Assembly (NCBI RefSeq): GCF_000737315.1
Contig: NZ_JMCB01000002.1
Coordinates: 496,001 to 560,000 of the forward strand
Direction: 5' to 3'
DNA: 64,000 nucleotides
Origin: Hyalangium minutum
Lineage (GTDB): Bacteria; Myxococcota; Myxococcia; Myxococcales; Myxococcaceae
The notes under the pieces are model-generated. The model saw nothing but the letters and a program-made list of their open reading frames with translations. It ran no database searches and was not told the DNA's origin. The translations under genes and the position numbers were made by a program. Below are positions 28,001-36,726 of this stretch, piece by piece; within the stretch, counting starts at the first letter, position 1, and each line of letters opens with the position of its first letter.

Positions 28001-28654
28001 GGTGTCCCCGAAGAACTCGAGCCGGACGGGGCGCTCGTACAGCGGACTGAAGACATCCAGGATGCCGCCGCGCACGGAGAAGGTGCCTGGGTCTTCCACC
28101 AGGGGGCTCGACTGGTAGCCCATGGAGGCGAGCTTGCGGGCCATGGAGTCCCGGTCGAAGTCCTGGCCCACCTTCACCAGATCCGATAGCTCGCGCATGG
28201 TCGAGGGCGGGAGCACCTTGCGCAGCAGGGCCCGCAGGGAGAGCACCACCGCCGGAAAGCGTGTGCCCTGGCTCAGGTGGAAGAGGGTGCCGAGGCGCTC
28301 ACTGACCGCAGTGGGTTCAGGTGAGAGCTCGTCATAGGGCAGCACCTCGTCCGCGGGCAGGCGCAGCACCTTGGGCTCCAGCAGGGAGCCGCTGCCTCCC
28401 AGGAAGAAGGCCAGGTCATGGGCCAGGGCGTCGGCTGCCTCTTCGTCCGCTGCCACACAGACGAGTGGTACCTGAAGGCTGTGGGACAGGCGGGCGAGCA
28501 CATACCCGCGTGCCGCTCCGTGCACACCTTGAGTCCGCACCCGAGCGCCCGGTTGGAGCCGCTCCAGTGCTTGCGCGAAGGGGTCTCCTCCCGGGACAGG
28601 CGTCATCCCGCGCAGCGCGTCTACACCCAGTTTTTGACCGAAGAGCGTGTCCAT
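25061..28654 (-). CDS. mfd: Transcription-repair coupling factor
   Basis: UvrB-like N-terminus, CarD-like domain, GDVGYGKTEVA, DEEQRFG, TATPIPRTL, QLRGRVGR, TRCF C-terminus. Confidence 0.98.
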   Translation of the reverse strand: MDTLFGQKLGVDALRGMTPVPGGDPFAQALERLQPGARVRTQGVHGAARGYVLARLSHSLQVPLVCVAADEEAADALAHDLAFFLGGSGSLLEPKVLRLPADEVLPYDELSPEPTAVSERLGTLFHLSQGTRFPAVVLSLRALLRKVLPPSTMRELSDLVKVGQDFDRDSMARKLASMGYQSSPLVEDPGTFSVRGGILDVFSPLYERPVRLEFFGDTIESIRAFDPDTQRTVDSLKEVFLVPAREVMLTEQTRPRAEATARAAADRINLPTIKLRERLDALREGLPGFGLEGLMPSFFEGGLGTVFDYLRLWAKDPLFYFDDPVGLDRAASELWEELEQSFQAATERQDLTLPPPEHFLTREQADAQLSHLKARVVEGGGLALTPSELPPVMFSFGSTQDLREAILAHHGEEGALTPLVERLQRWREMRVACAIACGTLSQADRLKRLLLERNVMVRIHHEALEDVTRLYEPSIFAHLFTGEVSHGFVDGSGGLALLADEEIFGVRARRRVRRSKRADAFAAGFKDLKEGDLIVHTDFGIGRYAGLTKMQVQGVPGDFLVLEYAGKDKIYLPVSRMRLIQKFTGGDPANVQLDKLGTASWEKTKKRVKEQLLKMAAELLQMAAARKAHPGHAFTAPDRYFHQFEADFEFEETPDQAKAIEDVLADMQKPTPMDRLVCGDVGYGKTEVAMRAAFKATLDRKQVAVLVPTTVLAQQHFLSFKKRFEGYPVNVEVISGLKKPPEVREVLKRAKEGRVDILIGTHKLLAGDVAFKDLGLLVVDEEQRFGVKQKEQLKRLRTQVDVLTLTATPIPRTLHMSMSGVRDMSIIATPPQDRRAIRTFVMKFDPPVIKEAIEREVARGGQVFFVHNRVQSLPSMERLLKELVPNVSVGVAHGQMGEGQLERVMLQFTEKKFQVLLCTSIIESGIDISSANTMIVNRADAFGLAQLYQLRGRVGRSKERAYAYLLVPARRTVTKDAQRRLEVLQNFTELGAGFSIASHDLEIRGAGNLLGEKQSGAIAEIGFDMYAQLLEEAVSELQGQPVRAQIEPDINLSLAALIPDDYVPDVHQRLVFYKRFSQASHPDEVTDLRAELVDRYGEAPDEVDNLSEQTLLKIDMRDIRLRALESGAGRLVVTLGADALLDGHKLAALVQRSKGLYRLTPDLKLIAKVPEGTKGQALVVEAKKVLRDLHTCAQPQA

Positions 28655-28865
28655 GGAGCTCCGAGCCCCTGCGTCATAGGGGCGAGCCCGAGGGTTTTCA
28701 ACGGACTCCGCACCCCCGGCATGACTTCCAAGAAACGTTCGGTGCCGCTCGTGTGTCTGCCATTCGCCATCGCCTGCTCACTAGGAGGGCGGGTCGATTT
28801 CCTTGAAGAGCAGGGAAAGCGTTAGTGTTGGAAGCCATAAAGCGGGGGCGCCGCGAGGCGAACGC

Positions 28866-30404
28866 ATGAAAGCTTGGAGCGAGATCAAGCCATTGGCGGG
28901 CAAGAGCGAAGCGCCTGCACCTGATGTCTGGGTGAGGCTCCGGGCTCTACGTTCGTCCGACGGGCGCATCATCGACTTCGAGTGCCTGGACAGCTCGCCC
29001 CGGGCTCGGCACGGTGTGCTCCGGTTGTTGCCCGAGAAGGGCCAGCACTTGCTGGACGAGGCTCCTTGGGTCGGCGAGTGCAGCCTCTTTGACGCGTGCG
29101 TCCGGGTGGTGGAGCGGCAGGTGCCGGCCATGGAGCGGGTGAGCCGGCAGACGCCTGCGGGCGTCACCTGGGTGCAGGCGCGGATGGCTCCCAGTGAGGG
29201 CGGGCTCACCCTCTTCCTGGAGGATGTGTCGAATCAGGCCTCGGCCGAGAGAGAGCTGCGCCGGGATCGGGATCTGCTCAACGCCGTCGTGGAGAGCACC
29301 ACGGACGCCGTGTTCGTGAAGGATCTGCTGGGCCGCTATGTGCTGCTCAACTCGGCGGCGGCCCGGGCCTTTGGGCGTTCGGCGGAGGAGATTCTGGGCC
29401 GGACCGACGCGGAGCTGCTGGGGCCGCAGGCGGCCGCGGCGACGGTGGCGCATGACCGGGTCGTGTTCGAGTCAGGGCAGACGGGCACCTATGAGGACGC
29501 GGATGGAGGTCCGGGCTTTGGCAACATCTGGCAGTCCATCAAGGGCGTGCTCCGCCACCCGGATGGGAAGGTGTATGGCCTGTTTGGCATCAGCCGGGAC
29601 GTCACCGTGCGGCGGCGGCAGGAGGAGGAGCGGGAGCAGGAGGGACGCTTCCGCGAGCGGTTCATCGGCGTGCTGGGGCACGACTTGGGCAACCCGCTGG
29701 CCGCCATCCGCTTCTCCGCCGCGGCGCTGCTGAGCCGGGAGACGCTGACGCCCGAGGTGCGGCGCATGCTGCAGCGCATCGACAGCAGCGCGGAGCGGAT
29801 GTCCCGGCTGGTGAAGCAGCTGTTGGACTTCACGCGGGCGCGCATGGCGGGCGGCATTCCCCTGCGCCCGAGCGACGTGTCCCTGGAGGAGGTGTGCCGC
29901 CGCGTCATCGGCGAGCTAGAGCTGGCGCACCGGAGCCGGGAAGTCCACCTGGAGGTGCGCGGAGACTGCCATGGCTTCTGGGACGAGGAGCGCATGGCGC
30001 AGGTGCTCTCCAACCTGGTGGCCAATGCGCTCCAGAACAGCCCGGAGGGCACGCCCGTGAGCGTGCGCCTGGAGGGAGTGGAGTCGCTGCAGCGGGTGGA
30101 GGTGCACAACGCGGGAGCGCCCATCCCCAAGTCCCTGCGCTCCCAGCTCTTCGAGCCCTTCCACGCCTCCGGGAATGGCCCTGGCAAGGTGGCGCGGGGG
30201 GGCCTGGGGCTGGGGCTCTACATCGTCGCGCAGATCGTCCAGGCCCATGGCGGGCGGGTGGATGTGTCCTCCTCGCTGGAGGAGGGCACCAGCTTCGTCA
30301 TTCTCCTGCCCCGCTCGGTGCCTGCACCGGCGGGCACGGTGGAGGAGTCCGAGGCGCGGCTCGAGCCAGACTTCGCCCACGAGGGGAACGCGGCCCGGAG
30401 CTGA
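28866..30404 (+). CDS. PAS-domain sensor histidine kinase
   Basis: AVFVKDLLGRY PAS; GHDLGNPL H-box; NLVANA N-box; GLGLGL G2. Confidence 0.9.
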   Translation: MKAWSEIKPLAGKSEAPAPDVWVRLRALRSSDGRIIDFECLDSSPRARHGVLRLLPEKGQHLLDEAPWVGECSLFDACVRVVERQVPAMERVSRQTPAGVTWVQARMAPSEGGLTLFLEDVSNQASAERELRRDRDLLNAVVESTTDAVFVKDLLGRYVLLNSAAARAFGRSAEEILGRTDAELLGPQAAAATVAHDRVVFESGQTGTYEDADGGPGFGNIWQSIKGVLRHPDGKVYGLFGISRDVTVRRRQEEEREQEGRFRERFIGVLGHDLGNPLAAIRFSAAALLSRETLTPEVRRMLQRIDSSAERMSRLVKQLLDFTRARMAGGIPLRPSDVSLEEVCRRVIGELELAHRSREVHLEVRGDCHGFWDEERMAQVLSNLVANALQNSPEGTPVSVRLEGVESLQRVEVHNAGAPIPKSLRSQLFEPFHASGNGPGKVARGGLGLGLYIVAQIVQAHGGRVDVSSSLEEGTSFVILLPRSVPAPAGTVEESEARLEPDFAHEGNAARS

Positions 30405-30423
30405 GGGGCCGCTGTCCCTGGAA

Positions 30424-31812
30424 TCAGACGCGCGTGTCGCCCACGGGGATGGGGCGGCCGCACAGCAGCATCGTGGTGCGCAGCATGCGCTCGGCGCCCA
30501 GCCGCTGCAGCTCCTGGCGCAGCATCGGGTGGTGAGGCAGGAGCCGCTCGAGGCTCGCCGAGTCCAGCTTCAGCAGCACGCAGGACGTCGTGGCCCGCAC
30601 CGAGGCGGTGGCCAGCTTGCTGCGGAACAGGGAAATCTCCCCGAAGAGGTCGCCCTCGGCCATCTCCGGGTAGGGCGTCTCGTGGCCATCCACGTGCTGG
30701 TGGAAGGCGACGCAGCGGCCGCGCAGCACCAGGTAGAGCGCCTGCGCGGGCTTGCCTCGGGTGAGGATCTCCTCGCCCTCCGCGACGGAGACGGGGGAGA
30801 AGGCCTCGGACACCGCCTGCTGGAGATCCTCGGGCCATGCGGCGAAGAGCGGGTTGCTGCGCAGCGCGTTGGCCAGCAGCCGCTGCCGGTAGAGCCGGTG
30901 CACCACCTGGTTGAGCTGGGGGAAGCGCGCGGCAATGGTCTCCATGCGCTTGCGGGAGAACTCCAGCAGCACGCACTCGGAGGTGGCCACCACGGTGGAG
31001 AGCCGGGTGCCCTCGTACAGGAGCGCCATCTCTCCGAAGAACTCACCCTCACCCATTTTCGCCAGCATGAGGGGCTGGCTGGTCAGGCCCTTGCGCACCA
31101 CCTTCACCTCGCCCTCGACGATGATGAACATGGAGGTGCCCGGGCTGCCCTCCGGGACGATGAGCTCCCCCGGCTTGCACACGCGGCGCTCGACGCCGGC
31201 GAGCACCTCGAGGAACGCCTCGCGCCCCAGGGAGGAGAAGAACGGGATGGGCAACATCGGCTCCCTGGAGGAGGCCGGCACCGGAACCAGGGTGGGGCGC
31301 CGCTGGAGCAGGCCGGGAGGGACGGGCGCGCTGGACTCCTGGCGCTGGGCCTGCGAGCGGGAGTGCTCGCGCCGGGTGTGGAGGGTGGCCAGCAGCGACT
31401 GGGTGCGGGTGTGCCCCGGGTCCAGTTGGAGGATGACCTTGCACAGCGCGATGGCGCGCAGCAGCCACCCTGTCCGGGCCCACATCTCCGCCGCCGCCTC
31501 GTACTCCGCGATGGCCTCCGTCGTGCGCCCCAGCCGCTGGAGCACCTCGGCCACCTTCTGCCGGTGGAGCGGCTCGCCGGGGGCCGCCTTCGCCACCTCC
31601 TGGAACGCGGTGAGCGCCGCCTCCAGCTTGCCCTCGGCGAGCCGCGCCGTGCCCTGGTCCTTGGCGCGGCGCAGCATGAGGGCATTCACGGTGGGGAGTG
31701 CGCTCACCGGCGCCAGACGCGGGGCGGACGGACGGCTGCCCGGGCGTTGCTCCGAAGAGGAGGAGGTAGGAGCCTGCGCGATACGGAACGAAAGGTAGTT
31801 CGGCTTGGACAT
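30424..31812 (-). CDS. TPR + tandem cyclic-nucleotide-binding-domain protein
   Basis: N-terminal TPR (WLLRAIALCKVILQLDP); cNMP pockets FFGEMALLYEGTRLSTV and LFGEISLFRSKLATASV. Confidence 0.88.
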   Translation of the reverse strand: MSKPNYLSFRIAQAPTSSSSEQRPGSRPSAPRLAPVSALPTVNALMLRRAKDQGTARLAEGKLEAALTAFQEVAKAAPGEPLHRQKVAEVLQRLGRTTEAIAEYEAAAEMWARTGWLLRAIALCKVILQLDPGHTRTQSLLATLHTRREHSRSQAQRQESSAPVPPGLLQRRPTLVPVPASSREPMLPIPFFSSLGREAFLEVLAGVERRVCKPGELIVPEGSPGTSMFIIVEGEVKVVRKGLTSQPLMLAKMGEGEFFGEMALLYEGTRLSTVVATSECVLLEFSRKRMETIAARFPQLNQVVHRLYRQRLLANALRSNPLFAAWPEDLQQAVSEAFSPVSVAEGEEILTRGKPAQALYLVLRGRCVAFHQHVDGHETPYPEMAEGDLFGEISLFRSKLATASVRATTSCVLLKLDSASLERLLPHHPMLRQELQRLGAERMLRTTMLLCGRPIPVGDTRV

Positions 31813-31870
31813 GGGCGTCTCCGCTCGGTGAGGGAATGACGCCAGAATAAAGAAGCGAGCTTTTGGGGGC

Positions 31871-31909
31871 TGTGATGCAGCTTACAGGCGAGCTGTGAGC
31901 GCGCGCACA
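31871..31909. promoter_or_regulatory. Two tandem CRP-type boxes in the divergent promoter
   Basis: TGTGA-TGCAGC-TTACA (31871-31886) and TGTGA-GCGCGC-GCACA (31894-31909), each one mismatch from TGTGA-N6-TCACA. Confidence 0.75.
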
Positions 31910-31945
31910 GACCCTTGTACGGCTCGTGCTATCAATTGCGCCACC

Positions 31946-32626
31946 ATGTCCTACGCACAATTGCTGGCAGGAATTTCCATCTTCGAGAACCTGCAGACCG
32001 ACGAGCTGGACCAACTGTCCGCGCTCCTTCGCTCCCGCCGCTATGCCCGCAATGAGGTCATCTTCCATCAGGGGGATGTGGGCACGGCGCTCTACATCGT
32101 CCGAAAGGGGCAGGTGGCCATCCGTCTCAGCTCGGACGAGGGGAAGGAGGCCATCCTGGCGCTGCTCGATCGAGGCGATGTCTTCGGCGAGCTGTCCCTG
32201 CTGGACGACGAGCCGCGCTCGACGGACGCGGTGGCGCGGGACGAGGTGGACCTGCTGACCCTCCAGCGGGAGGACTTCCGCCGCTTCCTGGAGGAGCGGC
32301 CACACCTGGCCATGAAGCTGCTGTCCGCGCTGACGCGCATGGTCCGGCGCGTCACGCAGCTCATTCATGACGCGACGTTCCTGGATGCGCGCACGCGGCT
32401 GGTGCGCGTGCTGCTGGACCTGGCCGAGCAGCAGGGAAAGCCCGGCGCGGACGGCCTGGTCATCAACCAGAAGCTGACCCAGTCCGAGCTGGCCAACCTG
32501 TGCGGCCTCACCCGCGAGAGCACCAACAAGTGGCTGCGCTTCTACGTGCGCGAGGGCCTGCTCTCGTACGAGGGCGGCAAGATTACGCTGGTGAAGCCCG
32601 AGCGGCTCAGCCAGGAGGCGGAGTGA
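31946..32626 (+). CDS. Crp/Fnr family transcriptional regulator
   Basis: VFGELSLLDDEPRS cNMP pocket; HTH LTQSELANLCGLTRESTNK. Confidence 0.93.
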   Translation: MSYAQLLAGISIFENLQTDELDQLSALLRSRRYARNEVIFHQGDVGTALYIVRKGQVAIRLSSDEGKEAILALLDRGDVFGELSLLDDEPRSTDAVARDEVDLLTLQREDFRRFLEERPHLAMKLLSALTRMVRRVTQLIHDATFLDARTRLVRVLLDLAEQQGKPGADGLVINQKLTQSELANLCGLTRESTNKWLRFYVREGLLSYEGGKITLVKPERLSQEAE

Positions 32627-32644
32627 GCCCGCCCCGGGCGTGAG

Positions 32645-34240
32645 TCACTTCCGGGGTGTGGCGTTCCAGTCCACGCGGTAGAGCGTGAGGGGCTCCACCT
32701 TGCCCTTCACCTGCACGGGGGGCAGCTTCGTCAGCGGCCACGAGCGCTCCCGCAGGCGCTGGAAGGTGGTCTCGGCGAGGCAGATCTCTCCATCGTTGGC
32801 GGCGCTGCAGATGCGGCTGGCCACGTTGGTGGTGTCTCCAATGGTGGCGTACTGCAGGTAGTGCTCGGAGCCGATGTTGCCTGCGGCGACGCGGCCCGTG
32901 TTCAGGCCCACGTGGATCTTCAGCTCCTGGCGGCCCTGGCTCTTCCACTTCGCGTTCAGGTCCGTGAGCGCGTGCTGCATCTCCACGGAGGCGCGCAGCG
33001 CGCGGTCCGCGTCATCTGGCTGGGAAAACGGCGCGCCCCAGATGGCCATGAGCGCGTCGCCGATGTACTTCTCCAGCGTCCCCTCGTAGCGGAAGACGAT
33101 GTCTGCCATCACCGGGTAGTACTCGTTGAGCAAATCCATCACCTGCATGGGGTGCAGGGTGGAGGACAGCGAGGTGAAGCCGCTGATGTCCGAGAAGAGG
33201 ACCGTCACCTCCGTCTCGACTCGCTCCAGTTGAGCGCCCTGGCTGCTATGCAGCTTCTTGATGACGGGGGCGGAGAAGAAGCGCTGGTAGGTGGTGCGCA
33301 GGGCCGCTTCCTCCGCGAGCCGCTGGGAGAGCATGGAGCTCTCCAGGGCGATGGCAGCCTGGTTGGCGAAGGCGGTGAGGAACTCCAGGTCCTCCTGGGC
33401 GAAGCCGTTGGCCTGGGAGCGGTTGTCCACGTACAGCACGCCCAGCACCTCGTTGTGAGGCTTGAGCGGCACGCACATGGAGGCCTGGATGGCCTGCATC
33501 ATGACGGAGGAGGCACCCTCCAGGCGGGGATCCACACGCGCGTCCGCGAAGAGCGCGGCCACGCTGTGCTTGCGCACGTAGTCCACCACGTGGTGGCTGT
33601 AGAACGGGCCCGAGGGCACCTCGCCCGAGGACAGCCGTGCCACCCGGGGACGGAGCGTGCCGGTGGCCGGGTCCACCAGGAAGACGGCGGCGCGGTCCAC
33701 CTCGAGGATTCGGAAGACGAGCTGGATGATGCGCTCGAGCAGCTCGTCGATGGGGCCCAGGGAGGAGAGCAGCTGGCTCACCTTGAGCAGCACCTGGAGC
33801 TTCTCCGCGGCGCGGCCGTCGGCTGGGGCCGCCTGCCGCAGCTTCAGCACGGAGCTGCCGGGCGTCGGGGCCGCCAGGAGCAGATCCTCCATCGCCGCGG
33901 GCGAGAAGCGGGTCCGCAGGTTCTGGGTGTGGGTGGGCTTCGGCTCGTTGACGGGGGCCATGAGCTTGAAGGCCACCTCGCCGCAGCGGAAGGACTCGCC
34001 TGGGTGGAGCTCCCGTCCGCGCGGCTCGACCCGGACCTCACTGACGAACGTGCCGTTCTTGCTGCCCAGGTCGGTGATGAGCACCTGGTCGCCCTTTCGG
34101 GCGAGCTGCGCGTGGCGGCGGGACAGGCTGGCGTGGAGCACGCAGACGCTGTTCTCCTCCGTGCGCCCAATGGTCGTCACGCCCTCGGGAAGGGGCAGTA
34201 CCTTCTCCGTGAGCAGGCCGGGATTCATGATGAGCCACAT
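32645..34240 (-). CDS. FHA-GAF-class III nucleotidyl cyclase (copy 2)
   Basis: FHA (IGR...SRRHA...DLGSKNGT), GAF, LFSDISGFT, EKYIGDA, NVASR. Confidence 0.93.
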   Translation of the reverse strand: MWLIMNPGLLTEKVLPLPEGVTTIGRTEENSVCVLHASLSRRHAQLARKGDQVLITDLGSKNGTFVSEVRVEPRGRELHPGESFRCGEVAFKLMAPVNEPKPTHTQNLRTRFSPAAMEDLLLAAPTPGSSVLKLRQAAPADGRAAEKLQVLLKVSQLLSSLGPIDELLERIIQLVFRILEVDRAAVFLVDPATGTLRPRVARLSSGEVPSGPFYSHHVVDYVRKHSVAALFADARVDPRLEGASSVMMQAIQASMCVPLKPHNEVLGVLYVDNRSQANGFAQEDLEFLTAFANQAAIALESSMLSQRLAEEAALRTTYQRFFSAPVIKKLHSSQGAQLERVETEVTVLFSDISGFTSLSSTLHPMQVMDLLNEYYPVMADIVFRYEGTLEKYIGDALMAIWGAPFSQPDDADRALRASVEMQHALTDLNAKWKSQGRQELKIHVGLNTGRVAAGNIGSEHYLQYATIGDTTNVASRICSAANDGEICLAETTFQRLRERSWPLTKLPPVQVKGKVEPLTLYRVDWNATPRK

Positions 34241-34263
34241 ACGCCCTCCGAATGCACGAGCTT

Positions 34264-35856
34264 TCACTGCGTGGAGCCGTCGCGCCAATCCACCCGGTAC
34301 AGCGTGAGCGGCTCCTGCTTGCCCTTCACCTGCACGGGCGGCAGCTTCGTCAGCGGCCACGAGCGCTCCTTCACCCGCCGGAAGGTGCTCTCCGCCATGC
34401 GGATCTCCCCCGCGGGCGTGGCATCGCAGATGCGGCTGGCCACGTTGGTGGCATCCCCAATCGTTGCGTACTGCAGATACTGCTCGGAGCCGATGTTGCC
34501 CGCGGCCACTCGGCCCGTGTTCAGCCCCACGTGGATCTTCAGCTCGGTCTGGCCCTGCGCCCGCCAGCGCGCGTTCAGGTCCGCCAGCGCGCGTTGCATG
34601 TCCACCGCCGCGCGCAGCGCCCGGTCCGCGTCCTCGGGCTGCGAGAACGGCGCGCCCCACACCGCCATCAGCGCGTCGCCGATGTACTTCTCCAACGTCC
34701 CCTCGTAGCGGAAGACGATGTCCGCCATCACCGGGAAGTAATCATTGAGCAGGTCCACCACCTGCCGCGGGTTCAGCGTGGAGGACAGCGCCGTGAAGCC
34801 GCTGATGTCCGAGAAGAGGACCGTCACCTCTGTCTCGACGATGTCCAGGTGCGCCTGCTTGTCGCTCTGCAGCTTCTTGATGACCGTGGGCGGGAAGAAG
34901 CGCAGGTACGCGTTGCGCAGCACCGCCTCCTCCGCCACCCGCTGCGACAGCATCGAGTTCTCCAAGGCGATGGCGGCTTGGTTGGCGAAGGCGGTGAGGA
35001 ACTCTAGGTCTTCCTCGGTGAAGCGGTTGGCCTGGGCCTGGTTGTCCACGTACAGCACGCCCAGCACCTGGTCCTGCGGCTTGAGCGGCACGCACATGGC
35101 CGAGCGGATGGACTGCAACATCACCGACGAGGCCCCATCCAGCCGGGGATCCTCGCGCGCGTCCGAGAAGAGCGCGGCCACGCTGCGCATGCGCACGTAG
35201 TCCACCACGTGCTGGCTGTAGAACGAGCCCGAGGGCAGCTCCCCCGTGGACAGCCGCGCCACCCGGGGCCGCAGTGCTCCGGTGGCCGGGTCCACCAGCA
35301 GGATGGCCACCCGGTCCACCTCGAGGATCTGGAACACCAGCTTGAGGATGCGCTCCAGCAGCCCGTCGATGGGACCCAGCGAGGACAGCATCTGGCTCAC
35401 CTTGAGGAGCACCCGCAGCTTCTCGGCGGAGCGGGCGTCCGCCTCCCGCGCGGGCCTCAGCCGCAGCGCCGAGGCACTCCCGGGCGCGCGGTCCAGCTCC
35501 AGCATTTCCTCCATCGTCAGAGGCGAGAACCGTGTGTTCAGCCCCTGCACATGGGTGGGCTCGAAGGCCCCTTGCGAGGACGAGAGCTTGAACTGCACGT
35601 CCCCACACTGGAACGAGTCCCCGTCCTGCAGCGCGAAACGGTCCACCCGGGTGCCGTTGACGAGCGTGCCGTTCTTGCTGCCCAGGTCCACCAGGATGAC
35701 GCGGTCCCCGGTGCGCTCCAGCCTGGCGTGCCGGCGCGACAGGCTCATGTGGAGCACCCGGACGCTGTTCTCGTCCGTGCGGCCGATGGTTGTGTGCCCT
35801 TCAGGCAGCGCGTGCTGCTGCTCGTCGAGCAGGCCTGGGTTCACGATCAGCCACAT
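34264..35856 (-). CDS. FHA-GAF-class III nucleotidyl cyclase (copy 1)
   Basis: Same architecture and long near-identical peptide stretches as the downstream paralog. Confidence 0.93.
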   Translation of the reverse strand: MWLIVNPGLLDEQQHALPEGHTTIGRTDENSVRVLHMSLSRRHARLERTGDRVILVDLGSKNGTLVNGTRVDRFALQDGDSFQCGDVQFKLSSSQGAFEPTHVQGLNTRFSPLTMEEMLELDRAPGSASALRLRPAREADARSAEKLRVLLKVSQMLSSLGPIDGLLERILKLVFQILEVDRVAILLVDPATGALRPRVARLSTGELPSGSFYSQHVVDYVRMRSVAALFSDAREDPRLDGASSVMLQSIRSAMCVPLKPQDQVLGVLYVDNQAQANRFTEEDLEFLTAFANQAAIALENSMLSQRVAEEAVLRNAYLRFFPPTVIKKLQSDKQAHLDIVETEVTVLFSDISGFTALSSTLNPRQVVDLLNDYFPVMADIVFRYEGTLEKYIGDALMAVWGAPFSQPEDADRALRAAVDMQRALADLNARWRAQGQTELKIHVGLNTGRVAAGNIGSEQYLQYATIGDATNVASRICDATPAGEIRMAESTFRRVKERSWPLTKLPPVQVKGKQEPLTLYRVDWRDGSTQ

Positions 35857-35956
35857 ACGCCACCATCGTACCAGCCAGCGGAGAGGCCGTCGGTTTCCCT
35901 TCCCCGCTTTACTCCCAGTTCAGGCCCTGCACCGGAGGCCCCGGGTGCAACAGCGC

Positions 35957-35972
35957 TGTAACGAGGCTTACA
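35957..35972. promoter_or_regulatory. Palindromic CRP-like box upstream of the cyclase pair
   Basis: TGTAA-CGAGGC-TTACA, about 100 bp upstream of the cyclase ATG at 35856. Confidence 0.6.
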
Positions 35973-36252
35973 TCCCGCGCCGCGCAGCGAGGCGCAGGCG
36001 CAGGAAGTCATCCTGGAGGCCCGGATCCACCAACTCCAGGGCTGCGCGTGGGCTGAGCGCGCGGTACTCCTCCTCGTCCTCTTCGTCGCCCTTCTTCTTG
36101 TCATCCTTCTTGTCGTCATCCCCCTCGGGCAGGGGCACGGGGCGAGCCAGCCTCGGCTGGATGGCAGGCTGGCTCAGTGCGTCGGCCCGGGCTGCTGTGA
36201 ACAGGGTGACCAGGGAGAGGATGAAGAGCAGAGCGACGGTGAGTGTCTTCAT
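35968..36252 (-). CDS. Small secreted acidic/low-complexity protein
   Basis: MKTLTVALLFILSLVTLFTAARA signal peptide; DDDKKDDKKKGDEEDEEE tract. Confidence 0.55.
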   Translation of the reverse strand: MKTLTVALLFILSLVTLFTAARADALSQPAIQPRLARPVPLPEGDDDKKDDKKKGDEEDEEEYRALSPRAALELVDPGLQDDFLRLRLAARRGM

Positions 36253-36319
36253 GGGAACGGCTCCGAGCGGGCGACGTGGAGGGTGGACGGGTCCGTCCCC
36301 AGGGATATTCACCCGGAGG

Positions 36320-36664
36320 CTACTTCGCAGGGGCGGCAGCCGACTCACTGCTCAGGCTGCGCACGTGCTTCACCAGGGCGTCGATCTGCTCCGGGGTGAG
36401 CTTGTCCTTGAACGGCTTCATCTTGGGGTTCTCCTTGGAGCCGTTGGTGATGTAGTCGCGGATCTTCTCGTCCGAATGCCGCTTCTGCCAGCCTGCATCC
36501 GTCAGGTCGGCGATCTTCTCCTTCTCGCCCATCTTGGTCTTCGCCTTGCCGTCCGCGCCGTGGCAGCTCTGGCACTTGGCCTTCCAGATGTCGGCCACGG
36601 AGTCCTCGGCGAACGCGGCGCCGGACAGGGTGAGGGCCAGAACGATGGCAAGTTGCTTCTTCAT
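36320..36664 (-). CDS. Periplasmic monoheme cytochrome c
   Basis: Signal peptide, CQSCH, distal Met in KMKPF; GGAGG RBS. Confidence 0.92.
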   Translation of the reverse strand: MKKQLAIVLALTLSGAAFAEDSVADIWKAKCQSCHGADGKAKTKMGEKEKIADLTDAGWQKRHSDEKIRDYITNGSKENPKMKPFKDKLTPEQIDALVKHVRSLSSESAAAPAK

Positions 36665-36726
36665 GGTGACTGCCTCCACATATGGGGATCTACGGGTGAA
36701 CCACTCACCGGCTCTGACGCCGCCGG

